Below, piece by piece: positions 40,220 to 54,917 of a stretch of 64,000 nucleotides of DNA. The position numbers were made by a program, and so were the translations under genes. This stretch comes from Octopus vulgaris (lineage: Eukaryota). Under the pieces are notes generated by a model. The model was given only the letters and a program-made list of their open reading frames with translations, ran no database searches and had not been told where the DNA came from. Where the stretch lies: positions 35,960,001-36,024,000 of the forward strand of contig OX597839.1 of assembly GCA_951406725.2 (NCBI GenBank), read 5' to 3'. Within the stretch, counting starts at the first letter, position 1, and each line of letters opens with the position of its first letter.

Positions 40220-40752
40220 CGTACATGTATGTGTGTGTGTGTGTGTGTGTGTAGTGACGCCGATTAAGGCAATAATACCCTACAGTTGATCTACCCGGCA
40301 ACCTAACAATATATCTATTATTGCTATTATATATTTGACATTAAACACCTTCGAAGCACGTTGCTCTCACATACACTTCCGGTTCCCGCTGAAATTAATG
40401 TCACACTACACATCACTCTGCATTAAAGCTAAAACACGCACACACACACACACACGCACATACATACACGCACATACATACACACACACACACGTGCACA
40501 TATCCATTCTACAAAATTCTCCATTGGCTTCCATATCGCGTTCCAATGTAATCTACACTCATTGTAACTGAGAACAACGCAATCACACATATATACACAC
40601 ACATATACATACGTACATGTGTGTGTGAGTATATATATATATATATGTGTGTGTGCGCATGAATATGCATCTACATATATATGTGTGTGTGTGTGTGTGC
40701 ATGAATATGCATCTACATGTGTGTGTGTGTATGTGTGTGTGTGTATGTGTGT

Positions 40753-40797
<45 letters not shown>

Positions 40798-41724
40798 TGT
40801 GTGTGTGTGTGAGTGTCGTGCGTATACATGGCAAAAGAGACTGATAGAATAAGTACTGGGCTTACAAAAGAATAAGTCCCGGGGTCGAGTTGCTCGATTA
40901 AAGGCGGTGTTCCAGCATGGCCGCAGTCAAATGACTGAAACAAGTAAAAGAGTAAAGAGAGAGAGAGAGAGAGAAAGCTATACAAATATAATGTGTCTGC
41001 CGCGTACGTATATGTGTATATGTATACACATGCGTGTGAAATAAGCAGCTTATAACCTGACATCGCCCTCTGCTATTAAAACCACATGAGACCCCCACGC
41101 CGAAAGTGATAGTGTACCACCAACTGCGTTAGTGAAATCGTCAATAAACCTACTATTCAAGTGGAAACTTTAACCGGAATAACATTTGAAGAAAGCCTTT
41201 ATACGGCATGAGAACTCGTGTAAATGAAAACGTGGTCATACGCACACGTGGTTGGTTCACTGGGAACTAGTACTTATAGAGAGATGGGGAGGGGTGATAG
41301 AGTGTGTGCTAGTTATTATGAGAGACTCTCTTCTACGTTTTCCTCTTTCTAATCTTGAGAAATCATTATCCAAGACTGAAAAGAGCATATATCATTTCCA
41401 TATTTCCATACTTTCATATAATTTCTTTTTTTTTTTATATATATATAAAAGTTGCGGTAGTAGTGGATGGTACGATTTCGACCTTTATCTGGGCTCTTCA
41501 GCACAACATATCTTGACATTTTGAAAATTAGTCTAAAGTCATTCAAAAATTGAAGTTAGACACGATCGATTTTTTTTTTCTTCTTTTAGCAGTTGGAAAA
41601 AGAAAGATAGAGATGGTGTGTGTGTGGGGGGGGGAACCTCTCAGGTATTTCTGAAATATCATCCATGTTATATCACTTCTTTCCATGTGTGTATGTGTGT
41701 GTGTGTACTCGCGCAATGCTGCTG

Positions 41725-41837
41725 CTGCTACTACTACTACTACTACTACTACTACTAGTACTACTACTACTACTACCGCCACCACCACAACCACCACCAC
41801 CACTACTACCACTACTACTACAACCACCACCACCACC

Positions 41838-41878
<41 letters not shown>

Positions 41879-41931
41879 CGCCACCACCACCAACTACTAC
41901 CACTACTACTACAACCACCACCACCACCACC

Positions 41932-41981
<50 letters not shown>

Positions 41982-42055
41982 CGCCACCACCACCACCAAC
42001 TACTACTACTACTACCACCACCACCACCACCACTACTACTACTACCGCCACCACA

Positions 42056-42101
<46 letters not shown>

Positions 42102-42130
42102 TTATTGTTATTATTATCATTATCATTATT
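41725..42130. repeat. (CTA)n/(CCA)n compound microsatellite
   Basis: Direct reading. Confidence 0.95.
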
Positions 42131-42603
42131 ACTTACACAATCGCGCGCTCACACACACATACACACACACACATACACACACACATAGAAACACGAACAC
42201 GAACACATGGCTGTAAATGCACACGCAGCGATTAAACTGAAAAATTCGTACAAAGGCGTAGTTTCACGTGTAGATTAATTGCAGATGGTATGCACCACCA
42301 GAAGCAGATGTGTGCACCAGGAAAAACTTTCTTTCAAAAAATACTCAATACACCCTAACCGGAAGTGGAATTATACAACAACAGAATCTGCAAGAAGAAG
42401 CAGTTTATTTTGGTGGAGATAAAATATTAAATTACTGGGGATTTTGGTGATTTTTGTTTCTTTTTCTTGTGTTTTTTTTTTTGTTTTTGTTTTGTGCTAT
42501 TTACTTTTTATTTCGTTGCAGCTGTTGGGATGTTTCGTGTGTGTCCCTGTGTGAATGATGGGTTGTGTTTATGCGTATGTATATATTGTGTGTGTGTGTG
42601 TGT

Positions 42604-43172
<569 letters not shown>

Positions 43173-43189
43173 TATATTTAATATATTAT

Positions 43190-43419
43190 TCTTTTACTCT
43201 TTCACTTGTTTCAGTCATGTGACTGTGGCCATGCTGGAGCACCGCCTTTGGTCGAGCAAATCGACCCCAGGACTTATTCTTTGTAAGCCTAGTACTTATC
43301 CTATCGGTCTCTTTTGCCGAACCGCTAAGCTACGGGGACGTAAACACACCAGCATTGTTTGTCAAGCGATGTTGGTGGGACACACACACACACGTATACA
43401 TACACACACACGTATACAT

Positions 43420-43501
<82 letters not shown>

Positions 43502-43639
43502 GTACACGACGGGCTCCTTTCAGTTTCCGTCTACCAAATCCACTCAGAAAGCATTGGTCAGCCCGAGGCTATAGTAGAAGATACATGCCCCAGGTGCCAC
43601 GCACTGGGACTGAACCCGGAACCATGTGATTGGGAAGCA

Positions 43640-43640
<1 letters not shown>
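43190..43640 (-). mobile_element. SINE family A, near full length, tail-to-tail with the previous copy
   Basis: Reverse-complement match; about 17 bp between the tails. Confidence 0.92.
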
Positions 43641-43689
<49 letters not shown>

Positions 43690-44009
43690 ATTGGGGTGGC
43701 GTTGTGTGTGTGTGTGTGAGGGGAGGGGCGCATCTTGACATGTACGCATTTATATGCGTGTATGTAACCGCACCAACGGAGTGTCATTTCATTATCAGGA
43801 TTGCGCTGACTTGGCAAGATGGCTGCCGGAAGCTGTTGCAGCTATTTGAATCAGTGTGAAGGTTAAGTGACTGAGTAAGGTCACGTGAGATTAAGGTTTA
43901 TCCTAATCCACTATGCTTTTCTCTGTATGATCGCGTATTTATGATTCCGAGAGGGAGAGGTCACTGCGGTGACATTTTGTATTTAACTATATATACCTAT
44001 ATCACTGCT

Positions 44010-44171
<162 letters not shown>

Positions 44172-44946
44172 CACGCACACACACATATATATATATATAC
44201 ACACATACATAATATATATATTCATATATATTTATCAAAAGGGTACGTGAGGCACCTACATGCTAGAAATAGGAGTTAAAACTCCGGGTAAACCACCAAC
44301 AACACTGATAAATACAGCAGAGAACAGCAGTATTGGTGCGAACAGGTAAAACATTTAGACGTACCATTACATTTAAATGCTACATTTTCTAGTATTTGGA
44401 TACTCTCATATCATTATTTCGAGTTCTGTCGCAAAATTCTCAACTCGCATCAGCAAAATTTACCAAGTGAAAAAATTCAAATTCATCACGTTGAAGTCTG
44501 CTAGTGTTCTGAACGGTTTTGCGCCAAAATCAAAACAGCTTCAGTGTAAACATATTTATAACGAGTAAATATCAAAATCTGAAAATTTGTATAGATATTG
44601 TTATTGTTATTACTATCTGCGGTAAATATGAATAATTCATAATAATAACAACAATAATATAGGTGGCTGCAAGCATTTAAATAGCGTTAGATAACTGCAG
44701 AATTAAAATTTATATTTATCAAAATGATACATATATAATAATATCTATATAAATATTCACATTTGAATATGAATATATATATATATCCACCCATAATTGG
44801 ATGCAACTCACCCGACAAGAACTCACTACTTGAACAAAACTTGACTTAAACAGGATTCGAATAATCCTATCAGGTGGTGCTATTAAGTTAGACAGGGCCT
44901 GGACCAATCTTTGGTCGAAACATATCTAAGTTTATATATATATATA

Positions 44947-45153
44947 GTTAATCCAAACAAGAAAGTACAAAAAAAACACAACAACGCGAGGACGTGGAAC
45001 AAATATAGTATTATTGGACGCTCAGGAAAGAAGGAAAGAATGAGGGTTTAACGTTTCGAGCGGGGCTCTTCGTCGGAAACATAGGAGAAGGAAAGCTCCA
45101 GAGAAGGGAAGACAGAGGGAAAAAAATCGCCAACGGTACACACGAGGTCACAT
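44947..45153 (-). mobile_element. Family C about 200-bp repeat next to (TA)n, with hammerhead-like motif (Penelope-like terminal repeat candidate)
   Basis: Same sequence at 50064-50252 and, inverted, at 56332-56529; motif GTTT-CCGACGA-A-GAGC..GCTC-GAAA-CGTT-AAAC at 45046-45080 (minus). Confidence 0.75.
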
Positions 45154-45160
45154 CTATCTA

Positions 45161-45200
<40 letters not shown>

Positions 45201-45307
45201 TATAATATTTTCATAATAATCCAGGTTTCTCGTAGCACTAGGCCACTTGGTGTGGAATAAATATACTATTAAATTAGTATCTAATTCTCTCACCCTTATT
45301 AATTAAT

Positions 45308-45412
<105 letters not shown>

Positions 45413-45456
45413 AAATAGATAGATAGATAGACAGACAGACAGATAGATAGCTATAG

Positions 45457-45502
45457 ATACAAAAATTCTATAATTATAAGCATAATTATAGAATTTTTGT
45501 AT
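45457..45502. other. Perfect hairpin, 21-bp arms with a 4-nt loop
   Basis: ATACAAAAATTCTATAATTAT-AAGC-ATAATTATAGAATTTTTGTAT. Confidence 0.9.
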
Positions 45503-45813
45503 AAGGTTACCGATAAAGATTCTATTAACATCGCGAACTACTTGGTAAAATTATTAATTATTAATTAATTAATTAATTTTACCCTTTATTATTATAGATA
45601 TAGATAGATAGATAGTACATGCATACAATTATATATACACATAATACACTTACATATGACAGGCTTCCATGCAGTTTCCACCGGTCAAATCCACTCAAAA
45701 AGCATTGAGCAGCCCGTGACTTAGAGCAGCAGACGTTTTCCCAATGTGCCGCGCAGTAGGGGTGAACCCGAAGCCGTGTAAAGGGGAATTTCTTAACCAT
45801 AGAGGTATAGTTA

Positions 45814-45878
<65 letters not shown>

Positions 45879-46265
45879 TGTAGTGTAGTGTAATGACAAT
45901 AAATATTAAGAAGATAACACAAGAAAAACAAAATTTTGACAAACGTTACATTAGTTTAACGTTTCAATGGAAAAAGAGAGTGCTCAACTTTTCGGACGGA
46001 AGTCCTTTATCAGAAAAAGGTCAAAAAAGAAAGAAGCATAGGGAGAATGACAAAGGGAAGCGGTCAGTGTATTTTAAAAAATGGTGGGGATGAAAGGTGA
46101 CCATTGGAGGGAGGCGAAGGGTTAGTAGTTTAGAAAAGAGGGGTATGCTGTTCCAGGGAAGAGTTGATATAGGGAGAAGCAACAGGTGTGTAAAGGTATA
46201 TATCAGAATCTGAGTTTGGAAACGGGAATAAGGGTGAGTGGTGTAATGTTTATGTGTTAGTGAAG

Positions 46266-46331
<66 letters not shown>

Positions 46332-46375
46332 TGTGCGCATGCGTGGAAGTATGGTGGCGGTGGTTATTGGTATGG

Positions 46376-46732
46376 TTAGTTAAGTTAAGTTAAGTTAATT
46401 TTTTGGCTCAAAAAGCAAAAAGCAAGGCCATGTAGGGGGACATGGACTTATGTAAAGGGTGCTGTTCATGCAAAGAGTTCAGGCCATTTGTGGTCAAGGG
46501 AGACTTTGAACCGAGCGGTCGTCGGCATCTTCACTATCTCGTCCGGCAGCTTATTCCACGGATCCGCAACCTGGACGGAGAAAGTCTCTCTCCTTCGATT
46601 GAGATGAAATAGTCGCAGATAGAGCTTTTCAGAGTGACCTCGCAGCCGACGCTCTGGAGCAGGAGTGAAGAACAGCTCTTTCGAGAGGTTACACTTTCCG
46701 CTTATGGTGTTGTGAGCAAGAATGAGATCACC
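46376..46732 (-). mobile_element. 5'-truncated CR1-clade LINE (ORF2 C-terminus, 3' UTR, (TTAAC)n tail)
   Basis: Open 88-aa frame 46732-46466: GDLILAHN...RLRGHSEKL...RRETFSVQVADPWNKLPDEIV...FKVSLD, the typical CR1 RGH..KL/WNxLP C-terminus; short tandem tail. Confidence 0.88.
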
Positions 46733-47380
46733 ATGTTGGTGGTGGTGTGCGTGTAATTTTTAGGTGAGGAGCGTAAAAGCGTATAAATGAAGAAATGGGA
46801 GCAGGTGAGTGGGGGAGGGGACGCATCTGTGTGTTTATGAAGGCTATGAGTGGACAAGAGCAAGGTGGATGCTGGTTTTGATGTTCGTGCAAAGGCATCA
46901 AAAGTGTGTAAAGGCGGGAAAACGTTTTTGGCGGCGAGAGAGAGAGGGAGAGAGAGAGAGAAGTAGGGGAGGGGTAGAGTGAATCTGAGAGGAACAGAGA
47001 CAAAGAGAAAGCAGGCTGAGAGAGAAAGGCAGTGAGACTGAGAGAGAGGGGCTGGGGGAGAAAGGCCGAGACAGAGAGACAGACAGAAAGAGAGGAAGAC
47101 AAAAGGAAAGACTTAAGAGAAAGAGGGAAGTGAGAGAGAGGGAGAAATGTGAACCCGAGAAAGAAGAACAGAGGTTGGGAGATTGGAAAAGTGAGAAACT
47201 GAGAAACTCTGAGAGAGAGAGAGTTAGAGAGAGAGTTACAACCTAAGAGACAGAGAGAGAAATTGAGAGGTGAAAGACTGAGTTAGAGGGACAAAGAAAA
47301 AGAAACTAAGAGATTGAAAGAGAGAAACAGAGACAGAGAATGAGAGAGAGTGAGAGAGTGAGAACCTCTGAAAAAAGCGA

Positions 47381-47440
<60 letters not shown>

Positions 47441-48201
47441 AATGGAATAACGTAGTAAATATGACTGACAGACTGAGAAAGACCGAGACAGAGAGACTGA
47501 CAGAAAGAGAGGACAGCAGAGGGAAAGACTAAGAGAAGGAGGGAAAGTGAGAGAGAGAGAAACATTTATTCGTTTGTTTCTTTTTTCTGTTGTAAACGAA
47601 ACAGAAATATATTTTACAGGAAACTCTTGGAAGTACGAAAACATCAATAAATTTCTTGTCGACGACGTTCAAGACTTGTTTATTTCATTTTATTTTTAAT
47701 TTATGATTTATTAATTGATGTAGGTTTATTTATTCTTTCTTTTTTTTTCTTTCGTGTGCTTTTGTTTTGTTTTTTTGTTTTTTTCCTTTTTCTAGAGTGA
47801 CGATGATCTCGAATACATCGCTTTAGTTGTGGTTTGCCATCAACCCTGACAGCATTGGTCGAACCAGGGACGTATTTTAATCTCTTTCACTGGCCGGCGG
47901 GAAGAAGGAAAGTACGAACGAAGAAAGGAAAGACGAAAGGAAGGAAGAAACGAAAGAATGAAGGAAAAAATGAAAGAGCGAAAGAAAGAAAGAAGAAATA
48001 AAAGAGAGAAAGGAAGAATGATAAGAGATATGAAAGAAAGAAAGAGAAGGAAATAAAGGAAGAAAGGAAAGAAAGAGGGAAGAAAAGAAAGAAAAATAAG
48101 GAGCGAGACGAAAGAAGCATGGATGAGAAGAAGAAAAATAAGATAGATAGATAGATAGATAGACCGAAGAAGAAAAATAAGATAGATAGTTAGATAGATA
48201 A

Positions 48202-48307
<106 letters not shown>

Positions 48308-48341
48308 CGATAGATAGATAGATAGACCGAAGAAGAAAAAT

Positions 48342-48381
<40 letters not shown>

Positions 48382-48786
48382 AGGAAAGAGAGAAAGAAAG
48401 GCAGAAAGAGAGAAAGAAAGAAGGAAAGAAAAAATGCAATTACTATTATTTAGAGTTTATTCTCTAATAAAACTGGTGATGTCTCACAGATAATTTCAGA
48501 GATATTTTTGGATTCATTTGAAATTCAGCCATTGAATGGTTCGTCATCAAATCAACGTCCATTTTGTATAATGGCGGCTTTGTTTCTAACTTCTTCACTT
48601 CCTTCTTTACTTCTTACCAATATCTTTTCTTCTTTCACTTCCTCTCCTCTCTTACTCTTTCCGCCTCTCTGCTTCCCTCTCTGTATTTCTTCCATCCGCT
48701 CTCTATCTCTTTCTCCTTCCCCTTCAGATCTCCTTCCTCTTTCAATTCTCCTTTCTCTCTTTCAATCTCTCCCACCTTCTCTCTCA

Positions 48787-49036
<250 letters not shown>

Positions 49037-49380
49037 CCTCTGCCACTACACTGCTACAATCGTCTCTCTCAATAAATGTCTAAATGTTTTCGAAGAATGT
49101 TCCTCAGTGTTCCTTATATTATATTTGATTAAAATTTCACACATTTAAAAAATTTCTATTTTAATTTCTTCTCTACCATGCAATGATTGTTCACTGTCCG
49201 AGATTTTAACTGCCCCCCACCCACCCACCCGACTCCATACCCAACTCCGACCCCGCTCCCCGCCTCTGCCACCACCCTCGCCCACATCTACTTAAAAAAA
49301 AAAACACCGCCATCGCTATCATCAACAGCAACCAACACTCCCAACAACACCACTACGGTTGCCATCATGAATTCCTATAC

Positions 49381-49603
49381 CAGTGCTTTTCAAACTTTTT
49401 GCTGGAGCGGAACCCCAAGGAAACATTCCCCTGGCTCGGGGAACCCCTGTGCAATAATTTAATAGTCTTATGCACACATATCTGCACAGGAGAATTTTAA
49501 AATTACTGTCGATTTTAGCATTTTTGTAACTTCTTCTTGCGGAACCCCTGGACTGTACTGGCGGAACCCTAAGGTTCCGCGGAACCCTGGTTGAAAACCA
49601 CTG
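49381..49603. mobile_element. hAT (Charlie-like) MITE
   Basis: Termini CAGTGCTTTTCAAAC / GTTGAAAACCACTG; 8-bp TSD TCCTATAC/TCTTATAC; subterminal GGAACCC repeats. Confidence 0.9.
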
Positions 49604-50003
49604 TCTTATACGATAGATAAATCACCACTTTCAGCACTGCTACCACTTCATCCACTAACGCCACCACAGCAATTACCACCAGCTCTACTAGACTTACCAT
49701 AACCACTACTGCCATGATCCCTACCACTCTACCGCTACACAAACACTACATCTGCTACTACAAAGAAAAAAATTCACTAAAAATAATTCATGATGTAGGC
49801 ACAGGCATGGCTGTGTGGTTAAGAACCTTACTTTGCAACAACGTGGTGTCGGGTTCGGTCACACTGCGCGGCATCTTGGGTAAAATGTCTTTAACTATAG
49901 CCTCGGTCCGACAAATGCTTTGTGAGTGAATTTGGGCGAATGCTGGACACACACACACACACACGCATACACACACACATATATACACATACATGTATAC
50001 ATA

Positions 50004-50063
<60 letters not shown>

Positions 50064-50250
50064 GTTAATCCAAACATGAAAACAACAACGCGAGGACGTG
50101 GAACAAATATAGTATTATTGGACGCTCAGGAAAGAAGGAAAGAAGGAGGGTTTAACGTTTCGAGCGGAGCTCTTCGTCGGAAACATAGAAGGAAAGATCC
50201 AGAGAAGGGAAAACAGGAAAAAAAATCGCCAACGGTACACACGCGGTCAC

Positions 50251-50252
<2 letters not shown>
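50064..50252 (-). mobile_element. Family C repeat inserted in (TA)n
   Basis: Matches 44947-45153; hammerhead-like motif 50150-50184; (TA)n on both sides. Confidence 0.78.
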
Positions 50253-50339
<87 letters not shown>

Positions 50340-50790
50340 GTATGTTTGTGTATGTGTATAAGTAGAATGAGAAGCGATGGTCTTTTATGGCAGCGAGTTA
50401 CATCAGTGATATGTGGTGACAGTATCTGTCTATAGACACGATATGAGGTGAGAATATTGTTTAAAAAATAAATTTGATGAACAAGAAGAAAAAGAAAAGC
50501 GAAACAATGTCACTTCTGATCAAAACATTAAATACTCAAACAAAACAAAACAAAACAAAACAAAAAAAAACACAGAAAAGAATGGGTCTGTGAATTAAAT
50601 GTGAAAGAGTTAAAACTGCTCACAAAACCACTTATGTCTTTTCGACACAATTCTCAGACGCTTTGTTAAATGGAATCTGTGAGTTTTCACACGGAGCAAG
50701 TGCAAACCTCCTTTTCACTGGCCAAATAGGTTCAAAATAATGGCGGTTTGATATTTTGCGCGCGTTCATATCTCAAATATATCGACGAAA

Positions 50791-51182
50791 CGTGGCTGTG
50801 TGGTAAGTAGCTTGTTTACCAACCACATGGTTCAAGGTTCAGTCCCACTGCGTGGCACCTTGGGCAAGTGTCTTCTACTATAGCCTCGGGCCGACCAAAG
50901 CATTGTGAGTGGATTTGGTAGACGGAAACTGAAAGAAGCCCGTCGTATATGTGTATATATATATATGCGAGTGTGTGTTTGTGTGTCTGTGTTTGTCCCC
51001 CTAGCATTGCTTGACAACCGATGCTGGTGTGTTTATGTCCCCGTTACTTAGCGGTTCGGCAAAAGTGACCGATAGAATAAGTACTGGGCTTACAAAAGAA
51101 TAAGTCTCGGGGTCGAGTTGCTCGATTAAAGGCGGTGCTCCAGCATGGCCGCAGTCAAATGACTGAAACAAGTAAAAGAGTA
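50791..51182 (+). mobile_element. SINE family A, near full length
   Basis: Colinear with family A. Confidence 0.93.
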
Positions 51183-51427
51183 GTGTGTGTGTGTTTGTTT
51201 GTGTGTGATTATACATGCATTCACACCGTCGATGTGCCGCTGATTCTAAAGTGGAAGGAGATCTTCAAAAATATGCATCTTGAATTGCTAAAGTTAGTAG
51301 TCAAATGTCCTTCAAGATCACACCTACTGACTTAGAAAGGGCAGCGCTGGGTTAACCCATTAAACGAAATAAGCACGTGCTTAAGGCATCAAATGTTTAT
51401 AAAAGTCCTTCTATCCAATGTTGATAT

Positions 51428-51634
51428 TTCCTCCTCAATAGACGTCATTGATTGGTTGAAAATACCGAAATGCAAGAAATTAAACAACAAATAGCTTACA
51501 AACTACAGAATTTTCTCAAGAAAGCCAAGAGAAAAATATGCTTTCTGTAACACATTCTACCAGTATACGAAGTTTAAAAGTGTTTAATTACAAAGAAATT
51601 ATTTTAAAGATTTGCCGGTCAAAGCGAAAAGATC
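51428..51634 (-). mobile_element. Family D about 200-bp DNA-transposon-like terminal fragment (also about 56107-56310 +, 59630-59812 -, 60225-60414 -, 62647-62860 +)
   Basis: Shared end (G)ATCTTTTC..TTTGA.CGGCAG and internal AAACTTCGTATACTGGTAGAATGTGT and TTTCAACCAATCAATGACG; superfamily not determined. Confidence 0.75.
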
Positions 51635-51857
51635 CGACGGGTTTCTTTCAGTTTCCACCTACAAAATCTACTCACAAGGCTTTTGTCGGCTCGAGGTTTT
51701 AGTAGAAGAGACTTGCACAAGGTGCGACGCAGCGGGACTGAACCCACAATCATATGGTTGGGAAGGAAGCTTTTACGACGCCTGCACCTTTATATATATA
51801 CATAAATATACTTTATGAAAACGGAAGAGTTTATTAGAAGACTGAGATTACTCCGGT

Positions 51858-51960
<103 letters not shown>

Positions 51961-52118
51961 CATACACACATACAGCACACATCCATATTCCATGCACTCT
52001 CACACATATACACAGGCACATACATCAATACGGCGCACACACACACACACACACACTCACTCACACACACTCACATATATATACACGCGCACACGCAGCC
52101 GTAAGAGTATCTCGTCTC

Positions 52119-52250
52119 TGACCTCATTCAGTAGCTTTTTCCCGCTCCCGCTCAGTGCAAAGGTCAAACTTCAAGTCAAGTATCCATGATCGGGGCACAC
52201 CATAAATGTAGTCGTTGACCTTTCTTTCTTGAAAGGTCATGTCGAGGTCA
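52119..52250. promoter_or_regulatory. Cluster of nuclear-receptor half-sites including a perfect DR5 and an HNF4-like DR1
   Basis: TGACCT at 52119 and 52216; AGTGCA-A-AGGTCA 52154-52166; AGGTCA-TGTCG-AGGTCA 52234-52250. Confidence 0.5.
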
Positions 52251-52392
52251 CAATATTTTCCTTTTTCTTTTGTTTTAGCAGTCTGTGTAAAATCGTCGTT
52301 ATATTAGCTCAGCTCCCACCCCTTTTCACCCTCCTGTTGCTGGTGGTGGTGGAGGGCGATGCTAGCAACGTGGGATATCTGTCTATCTATCC

Positions 52393-52525
<133 letters not shown>

Positions 52526-52696
52526 ATGTTTGGTTTTATAGTCAGTTTATAATAACAAATTTATATTAATCTGATGGGTTACTCCATACTTTTGTAGAGT
52601 ATAAATTTATTATTCTAAAAAAAGAATATTATTCAGTGTAACTTTGGAACTTTCGACCAATCCGATGATGGCTTAGCTGTCACTAAGAATAATATC

Positions 52697-52926
52697 TATT
52701 TCCTTACTACCCACAAGGGGCTAAACAGAGAGAGGACAAACAAGGAAAGACATAGGTATTAAGTCGATCACATCGACCCCAGTACGTAACTGGTACTTAA
52801 TTTATCGACCCCGAATGGATGAAAGGCAAAGTCGACCTCGGCGGAATTTGAACTCAGAACGTAACGGCAGACGAAATACTGCAAAGCATTTCGCCCGGCG
52901 TGCTATCGTTTCTGCCAGCTCGCCGA
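52697..52926 (-). mobile_element. SINE family B, full length
   Basis: Colinear with family B. Confidence 0.92.
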
Positions 52927-53059
52927 CTCTATATCCTTGTTTGAGAATAGTAGGCGCAGGAGTGGCTGCGTGGTAAGAAGCTTGCTTCCTAGTCCCATCG
53001 TCACGTGTTCAGTCTCACAGTGTAACAATATTGGCCAAGTGTTTTCTATTCATTTCTCT

Positions 53060-53865
53060 ATTACTTGTTTCAGTCATTTGACTGCAGCATCGCTTTTAGT
53101 CGAGCAAATCAACCCCCAGGACTTATTCTTTGTAAGCCTAGTACTTGTTCTGTCGGTTGTTTTAGCCGACCCGCTAAGTTACGGGGACGTAAACACACCA
53201 GCATTGGTTGTCAAACAATGTTGGAGAGACAAACACAAACACACACACATACGCACATATATATATATATATATATACATATATACGACGGGCTTCTTTC
53301 AGTTTCTGTCTACCAAATCCACTCACAAGGCTTTGGTCGGCCCGAGGCTATAGTAGAAGACAACAACAACATCGAAAAATACTTTAGGAATGAGAACCCA
53401 GGTTCGAAATTTCCCCCAAGATACCTGATGAAGGCTGGAGGGTATATCTGCCGAAACGTTGTGTTAACAACAAACAAGATGAGGACAAATATCCGTCAAT
53501 TGTAAATAATGTAAATAATGTAAATAATTCCTAATCTCTTAAATATAGAACTGTGAAAATGCTTATTTTATCACAAAAATAATCAAAATCTAAAAAAATG
53601 ACGGAAACTGAAAGAAGCCCGTCGTATATATGTATATATATGTGTGTGTTTGTGTGTCTGTGTTTGTCCCCCTAGCATTGCTTGACAGCCGATGCTGGTG
53701 TGTTTATGTCCCCGTTAACTAGCGTTTCGGCAAAAGAGACCGATAGAATAAGTACTGGGCTTACAAAAGAATAAGTCCTGGGGTCGAGTTGCTCGACTAA
53801 AGGCGGTGCTCCAGCATGGCCACAGTCAAATGACTGAAACAAGTAAAAGAGAAAAAGAAAAAGAG
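53060..53865. mobile_element. Two partial SINE-A copies (53060-53361 minus, 53600-53865 plus) flanking a hammerhead-bearing element at about 53362-53554
   Basis: Family-A matches; the intervening sequence carries CTGATGA...GAAACGTT. Confidence 0.8.
53420..53465 (+). ncRNA. Minimal type-I hammerhead ribozyme-like motif
   Basis: Stem I GATAC/GTGTT; core CTGATGA plus an extra A; stem II GGCTG..CTGCC (one mismatch); GAAA; palindromic AACGTT stem III; GUU triplet. Confidence 0.65.
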
Positions 53866-53996
53866 ATCTATCAGCCGCAGAAACCCGCGATATACTGAGG
53901 AGTCTGCGACATGGATTTACATATATTAGCCAGAAAAATCCGCGATGTGCTGAGGGTGCGATAGGTGATCCGCGATATGGAGACTGATTACTGTGT

Positions 53997-54160
53997 ATAG
54001 TTCAAATTTACAGAACACAAAAGACGAAGATATGTGAAGGAACAACAAACAGGTGTACTAATTTGACTACCGGGAACAATGGAAAGGTCTTTGACGTTTC
54101 GAACCTACGCTCATCGACAGAAAAGTATAAAGAGGCAAAAAATGGAGTTAAAAAATGTGC
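53997..54160 (-). mobile_element. Family-C-like short element with variant hammerhead motif
   Basis: Minus 54124-54089: TTTT-CTGTCGA-T-GAGC-GTAG-GTTC-GAAA-CGTC-AAAG. Confidence 0.55.
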
Positions 54161-54439
54161 CCAGTGATTCTTTTATACGTTTCAGTCATTTGACTGCGAC
54201 CACGCTGGAGCACCACCTTATGTGTGTGTGTGTGTGTGTATATGTTTTTTCCCCCACCACAGCTTGACAACCGGTGAAGGTGTGTTTACGTTCCCGTAAT
54301 ATAGCGGTTCGGCCAAAGATACCGAGAGAATAAGTACCCAGGCTTTTAAAAAAAACACAAACACTGGGATCGATTCATTCGATTAAAGAAATCCTTCAAG
54401 GCAGTGCTCCAGCATGACGGGAATAAATAGAAGAAAGAT

Positions 54440-54597
54440 GAGTGGCTGTGTGGTAAGTAGCTTGCTTACGAACCACACGGCTCCGGGTTCAGTCCCACTG
54501 CGTGGCACCTTCGGCAAGTGTCTTCTACTTTATCCTCGGGCCGACCAAAGCATTGTAAGTGGATTTGGTAGACGGAAACTGAAAGAAGCCCATCGTA

Positions 54598-54628
<31 letters not shown>

Positions 54629-54849
54629 TACGGAGATGTATTTGCATAGCAAGTGATTTGATCTGAGATCGTGTGCTGGTAACGAAAACAATTGCAGCGT
54701 GGAAGGTGTTTTTGTAAGCCATTTAAGAAACACACAAAAGCCGTTCGATTCACTTCAACATTTAAGTTTAATTTGTCAAAATATTTTCGTCGCTTTAAGA
54801 CCGCGACCTGTTCACTGACAAAAATCCGTGCTGTGTTTATATATATATA

Positions 54850-54917
<68 letters not shown>

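Noticed and set aside
47796-47880. Strong plus-strand acceptor followed by unique sequence
   Set aside because: Stops in all three frames within about 55 nt and no convincing donor.
53876-53996. Pogo/Tigger-like terminus (CCGCGAT...ATTACTG)
   Set aside because: Single degenerate end only; cannot be classified with confidence.
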